Source of the DNA: Anthoceros angustus
Taxonomy: Eukaryota > Plantae > Anthocerotophyta
Assembly: GCA_010909165.1 (NCBI GenBank)
Contig: MU008174.1
Span: 744,001-808,000 of the forward strand
Direction of reading: 5' to 3'
Length of the DNA: 64,000 bases
Below, one piece after another: positions 63,165-64,000 of this stretch; positions within the stretch are counted from its first letter, which is position 1; each line of letters opens with the position of its first letter. Position numbers and translations under genes: made by a program. Below the pieces are notes generated by a model. The model had not been told where the DNA came from. It worked only from the letters and a program-made list of their open reading frames with translations, and searched no databases.

Positions 63165-63992
63165 GTAGGAATTGTGAGCGTGATCTTGAATCAGACGCAG
63201 TTGCCGCAGAGGGAGGCGTGATTGGTTGAGATGCTGCATTCAGGAGCCGAGACAGTTATGCCACATTTGAAGGCAGTTTGCTTTCTACGGTCTAGTGCTG
63301 ACAATGTTCAGCTTCTGAGGAATCCGCTGTTTGGAGAGTGTCACCTTTGTGAGTGTCGTGGATCGCCTGTGTTCATCTCTGTCTTCATGTTGCTGCATTG
63401 TTGTTTTTTTGTCGTGGATCGCCTGTGTTGATCTCTGTCTTCATGTTGCTGCATTGTTGTTTTTTTGTCGTGGATCGCCTGTGTTGATCTCTGTCTTCAT
63501 GTTGCTGCATTGTTGTTTTTCTGTTCTCATGACGAATGTTTGCTGATTGTCCATCCAGATCATTTAAATCCGACTCTCCGAACTGTCTGCAGACACTAAC
63601 GTATGAAACTGAGAGTGGCTTGGACTTCAGACTACCTGATATTCGTCCTGTGTTTTTGATCAATTTGATCATGGATAGACGGGACGATCCAGTGACACCT
63701 ATTCTGAACCAGTGAATTTATCAGGTTCTGATAGGCATTCAAGACAAAAGAGTGGACTTGAAGGTTTCTGCTGATCACAGCTATGCCCTAAGATCACTAG
63801 GCATCTAATTCTGGTCTGTGTGAATAATCCTTTTCTCTCCACTAACAGGCTGATCTTTGTTTTCAGGAAGTCGTTTCATCATGGGAGGAAGATTCCTTTC
63901 TCAAGTCAAATACGTACGAGAACTTCGGTGATCTTGTAGCCATAAAGAAGACGGTTGATAAATTTCAGTACACCTCTAAAAGCAACCAGAAG
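63165..63992 (+). pseudogene. VPS45: VPS45 (Sec1/Munc18 family) pseudogene fragment, may continue past the window end
   Basis: VGIVSVILNQTQLPQREA*LVEM...MPHLKAVCFLRSSADNVQLL..PLFGECHL; YETESGLDFR...MDRRDDPVTPILNQ*IYQVLIGIQDKRVDL; EVVSSWEEDSFLKSNTYENFGDL. Stops at 63219-63221 and 63713-63715, plus internal deletions. Confidence 0.85.
63355..63521. repeat. Tandem array, 3 x 56 bp, in a VPS45 pseudogene intron
   Basis: GTCGTGGATCGCCTGTGTT...TTGTTGTTTTTT at 63355, 63411 and 63467. Confidence 0.92.
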
Positions 63993-64000
63993 GTGCAGTC

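Overview
Eukaryotic nuclear DNA from a gene-dense land plant with short (~80-130 bp) introns. The PLS-class PPR style and compactness suggest a non-seed plant such as a hornwort or lycophyte (inference). Recognisable protein genes: an alpha/beta-hydrolase + CAAX-protease (CPBP) gene, the mitochondrial basic amino-acid carrier BAC2, an ARPC2 with an intronless CDS, two PLS-E PPR editing factors, CDC48B, a ~10-kb conserved plant gene of unknown function, PP1/TOPP, a LEUNIG-family corepressor and SDH7. There are three tRNA genes (Arg-ACG, Ser-GCT, His-GTG). Decayed copies include two related F-box pseudogenes, two PPR remnants and a VPS45 pseudogene. Repeats include a long-TIR non-autonomous DNA element, a solo copy of its TIR and many tandem arrays. 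The most novel-looking items are: (i) a tandem pair of divergent, two-exon orphan helical-protein genes at 19.5-21.6 kb; (ii) a small intronless ParB/Sulfiredoxin-like (DNRRL) gene; (iii) a long spliced uORF ending just upstream of BAC2. Exon boundaries were read by eye and need transcript confirmation.
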